Positions 25,263-39,316 are shown, counted from the stretch's first letter. The stretch is DNA of 64,000 bases from Antedon mediterranea (GCF_964355755.1 NC_092678.1:16163881-16227880); one strand, 5' to 3'. Notes: generated from the sequence alone by a model not told the origin. Program-made: numbers and translations.

Positions 25263-27237
25263 GATATTCGCATATTATCGTATTTAGATGATAGAACAGA
25301 TGTAAAGAGTGTATGATATGGAAGGACGTGACTGTTGTTGGCATGATTCATAAAACAGCACCATGGTTTCTTGTTGCGAGACGTGATAGGCCTACCGCAA
25401 AAGTCGGCTGATGCAGCCTCTACCTACCAGCAGCTGATCTTAATAGGCGTACAGATTTAGTGCAAGCTTTAGGTGTAACCCTCAAATCGACACTCAAAAA
25501 ACAAACGCAAATATTATGTGATCGTGTGTCTACAGCTCACTATGTCTGTCGGTTGGTTGGTCGGTCGGTAGGTTGGTCGGTCAGCTAACTCAAATCTGAA
25601 CACCCGACTGCAGCCATGTGTATGGCCTTGTTACCGTAAAACTCTGTCTACACTAGTTTGACAAAAAAATGTGATGTGCCCATGGACACGATGATGTCGT
25701 ATCACTACCATATTTTGGCATATCACTACCATATTTGGTCATATCACTACCATATTTGGGCATATCACTACCATATTTGGTCATATCACACTTTTTTTGT
25801 AAAACTAGTTATACTGTATCGATTATTGATTGCTGAAATTATTGTGAACTTACATACGCAGTAAATATTCATAATTCAATAAATAATAAATGACAAACTA
25901 TTTTGTAAGTTACTAAATAATAAATGAGAGATTTAAAAGACATACAAATTTAGCTATAACGGTCAAAGCTAAAAGACTCGTAATCTTACTTTGAAATTGC
26001 TAGTGTAATCCGAGAATTTGTTTTTTTATTCCCTTTATTTTCATTTCTTTTAGGAACTCACATCGATAGAGGTGTTAAGTTAAAATAAATATAAAGCTTT
26101 GTAGGCCGGCCGGCCGGCCTCCTATGCCGCAGAGATTATGTATACATATTACAGTAGGCCTACTGATGGTATTTGTCGCAGCCAGACATAAGATCAAAGG
26201 ACTATTACGAGTTCTTATGTTTGCAAGGCGAGCTCTGTTTCCTGTTATTGCCTTCTTTAACGTAACGCGTTTTGCCGTATCAGTTAGCATTATCGTAATA
26301 GGCTTTGTAACGGTTTCTCAGTGTCAAAAGGTAATATTTTAATACATTTGAAACGTTTCAACGGAAGATAAATGGTATTTATACGCCTACTGCAAAGTAT
26401 CGATGGATTATAAAACGCTTAACTTCTAACTTATTCAGTTCATGATTCTCATGAGGAATATTTGTAAGATATAATGCAAGGCAAGAAGATAAAAACATTG
26501 TTGTTGCAATCGGACGACCTGTGAGAGGACGTAGATATGCCTATACAGATATGAGAGATATAGACAAACGGGCCTGGGTTGCGGTCCGGGTTCCTGCTTA
26601 ATTCTGGTTCCACCACTACCGTCAAAACAGTATGGATAACATTATAACATTGTTTATTATATTACAGGGCACATGATTATTACATAATGATGTATCTTAT
26701 GAAATTAAAATTGAATAGTATGGAATAGAATGAACAAACGAACGAACAGACGAACAAATGAACGAACGAACGAACGAACGAACGAACGAACGAATGAATA
26801 AATAAATAACTGAATGAATAAATGACTGAAAGAATGAAGAAAAAAAAATGAAAGACACCAATGAAACAAATAATGACACAAATGAAATAAATGAAAAAAT
26901 TACCGGACCGATGAATGGACGAACGAATGAATGGCATCCGCTAAACAAAACGAAGGAAAACTCACTAGAAAGCTTCGTGGCACTGTGTACAACTATATCG
27001 ACCGTCTGATATTACACAATATAGGCCTGTAAAGTCAAGAAAATTATGAACATATACGTATATATAGGGAAAGGTCTGATGTACGTTTCTATCACGAATA
27101 AGGTACTGTGTGCTACGGCATGGCCTACCGTCTCTACAACGTGATTTAAAAAAAATGAAAATCACAAGAGTTATCATTAAGGTGACGCAGTCTTTTACTG
27201 GTTTTCGTCCACAACCCGGGCAATAAACACTACCTTA

Positions 27238-27389
27238 GGCTCTGTCTACACTATCAAACTGTATGTGAAAAAAGATGTGATGTGCCCATAATTTTAAGGA
27301 CATGATGATGTCATATCATATTCTGACAAATCACAACCATATTTGGGCACACTTCTTTGTCAAACTAGCTTGATAGTGTAAACAGAGCT
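27238..27389. mobile_element. MITE family B copy
   Basis: ggctctgtctacactatcaaact ... ttgatagtgtaaacagagct. Confidence 0.85.
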
Positions 27390-27538
27390 TTAAAATTGTT
27401 CATATGGAAGCACAGGGGATTCGTCCCTTTTATCCCCGCCAGCCTGAACCAGCACACAACACTTCCTCTAGCCATGGATAAAACCAGGTAAGAGTTAAAT
27501 TAAAATTATGATTGTAATTTAACTTTAACTTTTATTGT

Positions 27539-27820
27539 GGGCGTGTGGCGCTGTGTGCTGGACGTTCGACTACTGATCGTTAGACCGAGGTTCGAATCCA
27601 ACTCTCGCCGCATTGCTTGTATCCTTAGGAAAGATACTTTACTTACGTTTGCCTCTCTCCACCCAGGTGTATATAATTAGGTTAGATCAAGACACAACTT
27701 TGCGCTGATTACTATCTGCATATATGGGAGTATGTTTCAATAGGTAATAATGTTCAGCGCATTGAGAGCTTGCTTATATGCGCTATATAAGAATGAACTA
27801 TTATTATTATTATTATTTAT
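27539..27820 (+). mobile_element. tRNA-derived SINE with CORE-like central region and (TTA)n tail
   Basis: A box TGGCGCTGTG, B box GGTTCGAATCC, tccttaggaaagatactt...ctctccacccaggtgtat, 3' gcgctatataagaatgaac(tat)n. Confidence 0.8.
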
Positions 27821-29305
27821 CTATCCAACCCTCAGTCGATTAATGGAGTCCGGTCCTTTCCTTAGAGATCATAATTTGGAAAAGAAACCACATCTCTTAA
27901 AACGTAAACTATGCATATATAGGCTATTTTGTGAAGAAATCAAGTTAGACGTTCTATTAACACTTGACGATATTAACTCATCACATGTATAGAATTCCTT
28001 GCCATACATAATGGTAAGTAAAAGCGTTTCCACTTTACGAATAATATATGAGAAGAATATCCATTAGAAATTGACTATGATTGTCGGATAATTTTCATTA
28101 TTTTACCTTACCGACGAAATAATGCAATAATGCAATATATCATACTTAAAGGTACGGTGGATAAATGAAAGCAGCAACGAATCATCTTTTAAAGCGAATT
28201 GAATAATGAAAACTCTGATGCAAATTAGTTACGCGCTATGTAAATTAAGTTTCTACGCGCATTGCAACCAATCACAAGACGTTTTAGGATATTTATGATG
28301 AACAGTTTAAATAGACATGTAAACATGCTTCTTTGCTTTAAGGATAAAGGCGGATATGAATCACGTGATTGAACCAAAAACAAATTACTACAAAATTAGT
28401 ACACAACTGATTACAACCATGTGTATAAAACTCTGTGTAGGTGTAGGCATGGCCTATGTTTAAACATCACGTCACAATGCACTTACGAATGATATGTTTT
28501 AATGGCCGTGAAGTAATATGCACTACACTTACGAATGCTTCCTTAACATTATTATACATTAAATTTGAAGTGATGGATTTGAGTGGATCAAAACAGATAA
28601 CAGATGCATTGAAATGACACCATTAATGTTCAATGCATGCATAATGCTAATTTCTCTGGGGATGAATTTGCAAAATGTCCCAGATACAAAAACGACAAGA
28701 AGTGAAAATGTACATCATCATGATGTCGTAATATCATGTTGCGCATTATTACCAGTTAGGCAAAAACAATATATATGTACTGTACGTGAATTTCTCCAGA
28801 TTTTCGAGTCGAAATTTAGTTTTAAAGACAAAAACAATACAATCCGATAAAAGCGTTTTCTTGAAGTAGAAAATGTCTAAGGTAGTGATTCATTTGTTAA
28901 TGTTTTAAAGAGTTTCTGCAGTTTATTTCAAAATGGTAGCATACATCATATCATGTTGATGACATATTACAATAAAACATAAAATAATAATTAATAAATA
29001 ATTAATAATTAAATAATAAAAAGCACGTCCTCCCTCCACTGAAATGTATTCATTGTTGACGCTTAGCAAGAAGTAGGCATATGCATGGAAACAACTCGGA
29101 GGCAAATACAGGTGACTCTGCCCGAGGAGCCTGCACCATTTGAAAGATAAAAACAAAAAATAGGCTTCTAATCGTTTTTCAGAAAAGACGAAGATGAAGG
29201 ACGATGGTTGAATTACAGTCGTATCTTGGGCGTTTATGTAAAGTGAAACTATTTGGTTTGATTGTGTCATATTTGGCCGGTCATACACTTGCATGTAGTA
29301 GCTTA

Positions 29306-29445
29306 AGCTTGGTTCCCACTAGGACGCAACGCAACCGAATCCGACCAATGACAAGCAACAGTTTGGATAATCCATCACTTGTAATTGGCCAAGTTACGTA
29401 CGTTGCGCTTACGCTCTTGCGTTGCGTCCTAGTGGGAACCAAGCT
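29306..29445. mobile_element. MITE family A copy
   Basis: TTA|AGCTTGGTTCCCACTAG ... CTAGTGGGAACCAAGCT|TTA. Confidence 0.88.
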
Positions 29446-30069
29446 TTAAGCAAACTCGGTATACATTGCTAGGCCTATCTGATCATCGATCTGATAAACT
29501 CAGTCATACTCATCAGAACCGGACTTGTCAGCATGTCGTAACATTATTATTATAATAGAAGCTGTTATCCATTTTATAGGACGGCGATGGAAGTACTGAC
29601 CGGACAACCTTCAGTTAATTGCAATTCTCAGCTCGTTTTACATGATTTGGAAGCCAATTAAAACAGAGAAGCGCGCGTGGTGTTGTCTTACAGTTCGATA
29701 ATAACATATGTACTTCTGTTTTATTCGTTCTTGTTTAGTTTCAAAACATAAGATTTAGTCGGCAATTATGAGAGAATGTACAACGCTGTATTTGCTTTCG
29801 GATAAGCTATGCTACCATTGAATGTATTGATAACGTAGGAAAAATACCTATTAGATACGAAGGGTGCAGAGAATAGAAATCGAAACATTTTTTATAAAAC
29901 TATAAATTTAAAATGATGGAATTGAGAATTTTCAAGAAGAATTAACATAATATGCCCTTATTTTAATTTCGATAATAATTAATTAAATCATCTTTGAATT
30001 ACACAAAATCGTTAGAACCAAATGTGTACAAACAGTATAACTTTATTTGGTGCTAAAAAGAAACCTGAG

Positions 30070-30114
30070 CTGCACTGACGAGATCTAATAAGATCGAAAC
30101 AGTACCGTCTGCAG
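30070..30114 (+). ncRNA. Minimal type I hammerhead ribozyme
   Basis: Stem I CTGCA/TGCAG, core CTGACGA, stem II GATCT-AATA-AGATC, GAAA, short stem III AC..GT, cleavage triplet GTC (30107-30109). Confidence 0.85.
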
Positions 30115-30268
30115 ATTGGTTAACAATTACATATGAACCTTTTTCTAAAAGAAAAACAATATAAAAATTGCAATTATTTATAATTTTGAAAGATGCTTAA
30201 TGTTCCGTCCAGCGGATAAAAAATCTTCAATAGAAAAGAAAACTTATTAAAAATATGGATCTTAAGAA

Positions 30269-30648
30269 ATAATAATAATAATAATAATAGTTCATTCTTA
30301 TATAGCGGCAGCGCTCAACAAGCAAGCTTCTCTAAAGCTTGGTTCCCACTAGAACGTAACGCAAGGACTTAAACGCAACGCAAGCGTTTTAACCAAAGAC
30401 AAGCGAAGTTATAGACAGTTAGCAATCACAAGCGAATAAGCCCTCGCTTGTGATTGATCAATTCACTTGCGTTGCGTTACGTCCTTGTGTTGGGTCGCTA
30501 GTGGGAACCACGATTAAGCGCTGAACATTATTACCCCAGTCATTTTTGGATCAAACACGTATTGAAACATACTCCCATAATGCAGCTAGTAATCAGCGCA
30601 AAGTTGTGTCTTGATCTAACCGGGTACCCATTTATACACCTGGGTGGA
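30269..30648 (-). mobile_element. 5'-truncated copy of the CORE-like SINE, interrupted by a family A MITE (30336-30514)
   Basis: Reverse complement of the 27650-27820 region; MITE flanked by TAA/TAA. Confidence 0.82.
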
Positions 30649-30848
30649 AACTAATTATGTATAATTAAATACTGTATTGTATAAAAAAAGAACAGTACTA
30701 TTAATAATCAAGAATTATGTCAGATCACGTTTGTTGCAAATATGTGTAAAGATTTTGTTTTTCTACAGTGAGTGATCCTAAATTACATACTTTTCTGTTA
30801 ACAAAAATAAAATAATAGTAACATTTCTAAACATATACATGATAATAA

Positions 30849-31198
30849 AGCTTGGTTCCCACTAGCGACGCAACACAAGGACGTAACGCAACGCAAGTGA
30901 ATTGACCAATCACAAGCGATAGCTGTGATTGCTAACTGTCTATAACTTCGCTTGTCATTGGTTAAAACGCTTGCGCTAGTGGGAACCAAGCTTTGAGCTT
31001 GGTTACCACTAGTAGAGATGTAACGCAAGGACGTAAACGTAACGCAAGGCCGTAAGCGTAACGCAAGGCCGTAAGCGTAACGCAAGGCCGTAAACGTAAC
31101 GCAAGGCCGTAGACGCAACGCAAGCGAGTTGATTAATGACAAGCAACAGTTGCTTCCTAACATATTCCGTTTCGTTGCGTCTAGTTGGGAAAAAAGCT
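30849..31198. mobile_element. Two adjacent family A MITEs; the second has an internal 18-bp repeat expansion
   Basis: 30849-30992 and ~30996-31198; cgtaacgcaaggccgtaa repeated several times. Confidence 0.8.
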
Positions 31199-32199
31199 TA
31201 CCAATTGCTTAAAATATACAGTAGCTTGGTACTAGATATCGACTTGTGCATTATGATATGTAATTAATGACCTACTCATCTTACTGTGAATTAATTAATG
31301 ACCTACTCAGCTTACTGTGAATTAATTATTGCATAGTAACCACTTTAACACGTATTGCTCTCCGGTGATTATGTCATTAATATTCATATACAATCACATT
31401 ATCTAAATCAAATTAATATACATCTATCTCTCATATATAAATATCCTTCCACCTCTTCTATCAAGAATTAATCTTATAATATCAAAATATTTAATTTATT
31501 AAAAAAATACTTTCTTTTATAATTTATATTGAAAGTGTAAATCAAAAATATACATCTCTACAAACTGTTAGGCATATTGGTGTTTAAAATAGTACAACTG
31601 CCAACTCTCACTGAAGACTTAATAATCTCTTTTCTAAATAAAAAAATACCAGTTTTTGGTGAATAAAACGTTTGTGCTAGCCCACAGAATCTTCAATTTA
31701 TGGGAAAGTTGATTGCATTTTAAGTATATACTAAATTTGTCTAAAATTATACATGGTTTGAAAGACTATAAATACATTGCATTCAGTATCTTCCAAACTA
31801 CAATGCATCATCCATGCAAGGCAATTTGTTTTTACATTAAGATTCTAAAACTGAACTTTAGAGTTAGCTTACCTACAATAAAATTATGATCAGTATAAAA
31901 TGATTTTAAACAGATTACATTTTGCTGGAATGTTTGATAAAAAAATGTTTTTCACTAAGTGCATTCATAACGAAATTTTCCCAAACTCTTTGTTAATTTA
32001 AAAAACTTTAAAAACTTACAAACATTTATATTTTTTCCTGTTTTGTTTTCTTTTAAATCATAAGTAATCATAATTATGAGTGTGCGGTTCCAGGCTGGAG
32101 TAACAAATTACTAGAATTGTTAACCAAAGTGTGATTGGATAAGGTAAAACCAGTGATCAAGTATAATAAAATTAAAATAAGTAGTTTAAAAGATTTCAA

Positions 32200-32704
32200 T
32201 CAAACCCTTCCGTCAACTGACTTTGCTGACGCTGAACAGGACGCACGAATACCAGCCCACTTGTCAGGGTTTTTGCGGAAATACATAACGCTACCAACAA
32301 TTAACAGGACGAATACTAACGCAGCGATGACGCAACCAACAATCAATCCAATATTCGGATTACCGCGTACTATGTACACACCGCCCTTCTGTGCTTCAAA
32401 CGTCACTTTATCATTTTGTAGCTCCGCGTCAACTTCATTCCACGTTCTGAAGTCGTCGTCGGAGTAGTAGACCGACAGAACGTCGTACGAATCGTCGTTG
32501 AGGTTAATCTGCATACTGAACGTTCTTCCGTTTTTAGTTAAATTCCCTACAGGTCCTAAGTTTATGAAATTGCTTTCGTAATGTTTGCCAACGTTTACTT
32601 CACGGCCATAAGACTGAACAATCTTTTCTCCAACCTCTGGTGTCCATTCTTCAAGTCTAATATCGTACAATTGATTCAAGTCACCAGCATCAAATCTAAT
32701 TGAG
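32200..32704 (-). CDS. DD3-3-like protein A, exon 14 (last; TM IGLIVGCVIAALVFVLLIVGSVMYF and short tail)
   Basis: Phase-2 acceptor ttttag; open frame to stop at 32200. Confidence 0.9.
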
Positions 32705-32779
32705 CTAAAAGAAATTGGCAGTAGAATAAAACATTAAAAAGGACGGATATTTCAGGTATTGTAAATTTTTCAAATGATA

Positions 32780-33625
32780 GTTAGTTATCGACTACCATGC
32801 CCATGTTTTACTAACGAATACCACGCCAATGTTACACATAGTTAACTACCAACTACCAGTGGTACATTTTGTTAACTGCTGACTACCATACCAAAGGTAC
32901 ACCTAGTTGACTACATTGACTACTGACTACCATAACCAAGGTCCATCTATTTTAAAACTACCAAGTATGGAACATCAATATTTATCACAGACAACCAAGC
33001 CAATGTAACACATAGTTAATAACCAACTACCATATCCATGGTACAGCTAACTACCACCTAACATACCCATGGTATACTTAGTTAACTACTGACTACCATT
33101 ACCCAAAGTACACCGAGTTGACTTACTGAACCCATGGTACACCTTATTTAACCATCGACTACCACTTTCTATGGTACAGGATAAACAACTGTCTATCAAT
33201 ACCTATGGTACACCTAGTTAACTGACTACCATGACATAAATGGTAGTTTACAGCTAGTGAATTACTGTTAAACATTTACCAATGGTACAGTTAGTGAACA
33301 CCATTACCTATGGTACAGCTAGTTAACTGACTACCATGACCTATGGTACTTTACAGCTAGTCAATTACTGCTAAACATTACCAATTTATTTATTTATTTT
33401 CTTTTTTCGTGTTGTTTTTATCTAATCTTTGTTTAGGCATGTCTGTCACAAGCTTTTTGCTTTTTTGATCATGCCTTCTTCAATCATATTACCTTTCTTT
33501 AATGGTACAGTTAGTGAACACCATTACCTATGGTACAGCTAGTTAACTGACTACCACGACATATGGTTCTTTACACCTAGTAAATTACTGCTAAACATTA
33601 CCAATAGTTAGCGAACACCATACTA
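32780..33625. repeat. Degenerate ~33-bp minisatellite (gactaccat..atggtaca..tagttaact) in the last intron
   Basis: Many diverged copies of actaccat/atggtac/agttaact. Confidence 0.75.
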
Positions 33626-33636
33626 CATTTAGTTAC

Positions 33637-33853
33637 CTGTGAGTTGTCGCCACACTTCCGCCAGTTGTACCAATTGACTTGTAAATGATCGCCTCATCCC
33701 TGGATATGATACGACCCTTCTGACTGCGGTTTGAGAAGTTATTGTTTCGAGTACACATATACTGATAGTGTCCTGTGCTTGTTACCTTTCGTGGACCAAG
33801 GTCGAAGTATGTTCCAGCATCGTCAAGTTCTGACATTTCACCTCTGAACTGAC
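33637..33853 (-). CDS. DD3-3-like A exon 13 ([20 protein letters not shown]...[18 protein letters not shown]...)
   Basis: GT-AG boundaries, phase 1/2; conserved DD3-3 motif [14 protein letters not shown]. Confidence 0.93.
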
Positions 33854-36074
33854 CTGAAATTTAAAATATCTTATAGGTTAACTAAATGAAAAAATGAATA
33901 TTGATCTTGAAAAAATTATTACATAAAAAAATGTTACCAGACTGTCAAATTAAAGGTTTACAATTAGACCTTAAGTAGTAACTCTGCCTCTCGTTTGTAT
34001 AATTTACACTATGTAAATTTTTATTTTCAATATGTTTTACATTAAGGGTACTCTTGTGTCCAGTGTTTTATATCTGACTAATTTTAAAAATATTTCATCA
34101 AATTCATTTTTGATATAAAGTACCGTTTGCGTGTCAAGTCATATTTCAAGAATAATTTTGAACATGGAATTTGTGACAGTTGTAGATCTTTATTATTTTT
34201 AACGATTTAGACAGTTTGTAGACTTTTTAACATATTTAACATTCTGGCCTCTTATAGTGTGTACATAATATTCTGTTTCTCTCCAAAGTATTTTTTAATT
34301 TACTATCTATAAAAATTCTGCAAAATATTTATTAATTGTTATTAAGAATCATCCGATTGTCAGTGCTGCATCTCCACATATGACATGTTTGTACAGTATC
34401 GTAGGACTATTAAGCAATACAGCATCACATGTGATAGCTGTAAGCATTAAGGTTAGGTTAAGGATTAGGTTCCACTGCTTTGTGACACATGTGATGCTGT
34501 ATCATGGTATTTTTCTATGATATTGGACAAGTTCAGATAGCCTACAGATACCAACAATCAACAACATTCAAAACTCTATATTATTTATAATTATTTGTTA
34601 GAAGCTATTGACCCTTAATTATGTGTAAATTTGCTAGCTACATTTTAGTCGTCATTCACTGAATGAAACACCTGCGACAGCAACTTCGCCCAAGGCTGGT
34701 GGTATGAATGAGAGCCACACATTTCAAACATGATTATTTTTAGAATTTAAATATAATATTCTCCATTTTTAATTATTAATTATATAAATGAATGTAATTT
34801 TGGCATAACTATAAATGTTTAATTCCATAGGGTACATCCACAATGGCAAATTATTAAAAAATTGGCAATGATGTGTGTTTATCAGTGGCAGGCTCACAAT
34901 GGAGTACACATAAAATACAGTAAGCTTTTTAATCAAAATGATCAAGTAAATTAAACAGCCAGAAAGAGATTACTAAGCTTTTAGATAACACTATTTTTTT
35001 ATCAAGGCATATAGCATGTATAGATAATAATTTTTTTGAAATAAACAAAAATGTCAAATAAATACCTTATTATTTGACTTGACGTTTTGCTGTTGCTCAG
35101 CAGAATATCAAATAAGGCTTGGTTTATTTCAAAGAAATCATTATATTATTTTTTACAAATATAATTATATAATTATAATAAACATAATCCAATTATATAT
35201 TGGCCTGAAACAACGTCTATATTGTATTTTTTTTTAATGAAATTTCTGTAGTTTAGTAATATGTTATGGTTTTGTATTTTTTAAATACAAAATAAAATGC
35301 TAACCGAATAAATTCAAATCAATTCAGATACATGTTTATTATTAATATTCAACATCATTATTCAACATATTATCTATTATTAATAATAATCAAATTATAT
35401 CATATCAATAATATACTGCATTACATAATTTATTAGGAAGATTAATACTGTATAAGAGATAAGGGAAATATCACACTTTAACTGTAATAGGTGAATTATA
35501 GATGTGATATGTCATCTATTATTAATAGATGATAGAATTATTATTAATAATTTTAACAATAAATCATGTGAATAATCTAATTATCATGTTAATAATCTAA
35601 TGATTAAATTAATAATAGAGCATGTATCTCATCATTATTATGACGCTAGATTATTTTGCAAGGACCTATACAAATTAAGCATACTATCATTTGTCCAAAT
35701 CTGTCATCAATTTTTATTCTATTTTTTGATTGTATAGGTTCAAATGCGTATGTCTGTGATAACAGAATCCAATCATAAATGGACTTGGGTCAGACGAATT
35801 GATAAGAATAAACAATAAGTGTAATAATACTTTGTTTATGTAGACCATCTTGTGTATGTTGGTCTTGTGAACTTCTCTCTGAGGGTCCCTAATGATCAGC
35901 AATTGCTGGATGGATCACCCTCATTAAATATGGTTAAAAAAAACAAAAACATGACGTTGGTCCAGGATCTTCACAAACCGCAAGGGGCCTACCGTATAAA
36001 TATTGTACTGTATTGTGCGTGTTGCATCAGGTAGAAAAATTGTTAAGGCCAAATTACTAGCAGTAACGGTAATA

Positions 36075-36300
36075 GGAGTGGAGTTGTGGCTTGGTGGTTA
36101 TGATGCTTGGCTACCACTCCAAGGGTCCTGGGTTTAAGTTCCGTCACATGTCAGGATATTTTCTAAGGACCAAATTACTCCACTCCCAAAGACTTCCCAG
36201 AGCCTCTTGTGTATAATGTTTGTCTTGTGAACCTCTGAGGGTCCCTAATGATCAGCAATCACCCTCATTAAATATGGTTAAAAAAAAATAAATCAATAAA
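36075..36300 (+). mobile_element. Degenerate tRNA-derived SINE; its 3' part is duplicated at 35849-35945
   Basis: TGGCTTGGTGG A box, GGTTTAAGTTCC B-box-like, shared tail gagggtccctaatgatcagcaat..ccctcattaaatatggttaaaaa. Confidence 0.6.
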
Positions 36301-38294
36301 TAAAAATATAGAATCTATGTTCTTATTACCATTGAATGAATAACGCGGAGGATAGATACAGATTCTATGGGGACAAGCTACAGTACATGGTTTACCGATT
36401 GCCATGACTGCTCGTCTTTAAATTAAATGTGTGAATGCTAAATTTATTTATTTATTTTATTTAGGTTTAAAAACACATACAAAACAGCAGACATTGGCTG
36501 ATAACGTTTGTTTACAATCAATATATATATATAATAAAAAGTAAAAGAGGCACAATTATAAACAGTATAGAAAAAAAAATATATTATAAAACACAAAATA
36601 CAATATTATTCGTTCATAAAATTAAGTACGTCATTATTATTATTATAAGAGGTGGACATGCCACTGGTGCAAATTTAACTACAGTACTCAATTGAGAACA
36701 AATACAGCATCTTTTTGTTACTAATTGCTAAGTGCTCCATTTTGTATACTTATTGATTTTTTTCAGAATAACAAAATTCCATAGTATGAAATGATATTAA
36801 AATCTTTTTACATAATATTTTGCACACAGATATTCAGTATGCATATGTTACACCAGGATATGCTATTATATCAAGCCTGATGTGTTTATATTAATACGCT
36901 TGAAGTCTACAAAATGCTTTTAATTCTCATAGGACTAAGATAAATCTAAACATTTATACAATAACCTCATCTATTAATGTTCAAATCCATCTCATTTGAA
37001 ATTCAAGGATTTTCTAACAGTATACATTTACATACATTTACAACTGTACAGTATGTACGCCAGGCTAATGTCCTTGAAAAATGTGTATTACTAACAATGA
37101 AAAATCTGACAAGAATTAATGCTGATATTTTAAACATAAATTTTAACAAAAAATGTAAAGGAAAACAAAAATATGCAGAGTTGATTTTTTTTCCTGTTGT
37201 GGTTAGGCAGAACATTTTAGAAAAAACGAACGTTATTTTAGAAAACTTTACATAGAAGAATTCATTTTTTGTTTTCCTTATAAAGATTATTTATTTTCTG
37301 TCCACCAAAATCATGAACAATAAATTGTTGAAAAATCTAAAGCTTTAAATATCCCATTGTGCAGTTTTAATTAAATTATTCACTCTATAGAAAATAAAAC
37401 GAAAAAAAATTTATGATAATAAATTAATAATTAATAATAATATCTTTAATGTATGGTTTTCAAATAGAACAACATATTTTACTCTTTCTTTCAGTTTACA
37501 CAGTACAAAAAGGCGTTTTCTAAATTAAATGTTTGAAATCTGATTTGTTGATAAAATGTTATAATATTTTTTAATGAGTTTTGGTTGAAAAGCAGTGTTT
37601 TTGCAATAATAGTTAGGGATTCTTTAAAACAAGGTTTTTTTGTTATTTTATCAATAATAATAATTATATGTTTCAGTTTAAAATAATCAAACATTCCAAT
37701 TTTGTAAAAAAAAAAGAAATTGCTGTAGACAATACAACATAGAGGGCACTATATAAGAAAATGAGACGATGACTCTGTTAATTTGACTAAATCAAGTCTA
37801 GTGCGATCAAGGCCAGGTGCGGGTAAAACATTTCTATTGATCATACATTCCAACGATTATCCGATCTACAGTTTCCTCTATGTTTCATAATTTTTGGGAT
37901 TTTATTTGTGTTACACAAGCTTGTTGACAATAAGCTTATCAGTGGAGGGATAGTTTTTTACACAGTAAATATTCTTTTGTACACAAATGTTGTAAATAGA
38001 GGCATTTTAAAAAACTATGAAAAATAAACGGTGTGCCACCGTATAGCCACCATCTTTTTCACCTTCAAGGGAGTCACCAGACATGTTATTACTAGGTTAA
38101 ACTACCTAACTGAAAAAAAGTCTTCCTGGTTTTTATAGCAGAATTTTGCCAAATTTTGTATTTGACCAATTTATGGGAAATTCATGTTTTTTCGTCTTGA
38201 TTTCTATTACAAATATTTGATTTATGTACAATACCAGATATTATATTTAAAATTCATGTTTCCATGAGCTTTAAAGCAAGTTGTAGATACTTAC

Positions 38295-38530
38295 GGTTTC
38301 CAAGGACTGCTAGATTTTCCAAATCTGTTCTGCTGAAACCAAGGAACGATGCATTGTCAAGATGCATGGGAATGTTGTTCCCAAAATGACCAAATTTGGA
38401 GTAGGGCTGATAGTACAAGTCACTTCCCTCTGGATAAACTTGCTCGGTCAAGGGAACCACGTTGGAACGATCCGTTCCCTGTAAACCTTGTCCATCATTG
38501 TTAGTTGGGTTGGTGTTAGACCCGGTCCAC
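38295..38530 (-). CDS. DD3-3-like A exon 12 (WTGSNTNPTNNDGQGLQGTDRSNVV...)
   Basis: GT-AG boundaries, phase 2/1. Confidence 0.93.
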
Positions 38531-38898
38531 CTGAAAAAACAAATCAAGTGTTAAAAATATTCATAGATTTACAGACACTGTACAACACATGGTTCACATC
38601 AGATAATGGAAAATGAAAGCTGAAAATCATGTGTGAACCAAAAGGGTGGGTGAACATAATTCCAATACTCCTTTTACACTGCCAAGCAAAAATAAATCTG
38701 TGTCGTGTCGGATAGTTGTACTTTTTTACACATGTTTCAGTAACTTGGAAATAATGCTGGTTGCATATATTTATACTATGATGACAAAAATAACTTGCAC
38801 ATGAAGAAAAAAATATCACGCTTTCTTCCAGATCAAATCCAAATTTTTGCTAACATTGTAAAAGTGTACTAGATTAGAACTATACTAAAATACTATTA

Positions 38899-39059
38899 AG
38901 CTCAGTTCCCACTAGACGCAATGCAATGGATTGATGTAGACAGACGCAGTGGCATAACACATTGCAAGCGAGTTGCCATGGCAAGCAACAGTTTCGAATA
39001 ACCATCATTTGTGATTGGTCAAATAACTTGCGTTGTGCTTACGTTCTTAGAACCAAGCT
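38899..39059. mobile_element. Degenerate MITE family A copy (intronic)
   Basis: agctcagttcccactag ... gaaccaagct. Confidence 0.7.
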
Positions 39060-39145
39060 TAAAGTGTAGAATATCCTATCCCCCTAAAGTAGTCCCAATT
39101 TATGGGATTATACCAGAGGATATAGTAACTATTTTGACAACTTAC

Positions 39146-39316
39146 TGGAAATGTACATATGCGCCCGGTTCAACCTGCAGGTTATTTGGTGTGAAATCGT
39201 ACTCGGTAGCTGGGTACACTTGAACGATGTTGCCACGCTTTCCTCGCACGTTTACGTTGTGAATCTCAACACCCTCCAAGTCTTCCGGAGGTTGACGGAT
39301 GGCAAAGGTATGGGAT
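39146..39316 (-). CDS. DD3-3-like A exon 11 (SHTFAIR...NVNVRGKRGNIVQVYPATEYDFTPNNLQVEPGAYVHFQ)
   Basis: GT-AG boundaries, phase 2/2; conserved motif NVRGKRGNIVQ. Confidence 0.93.
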
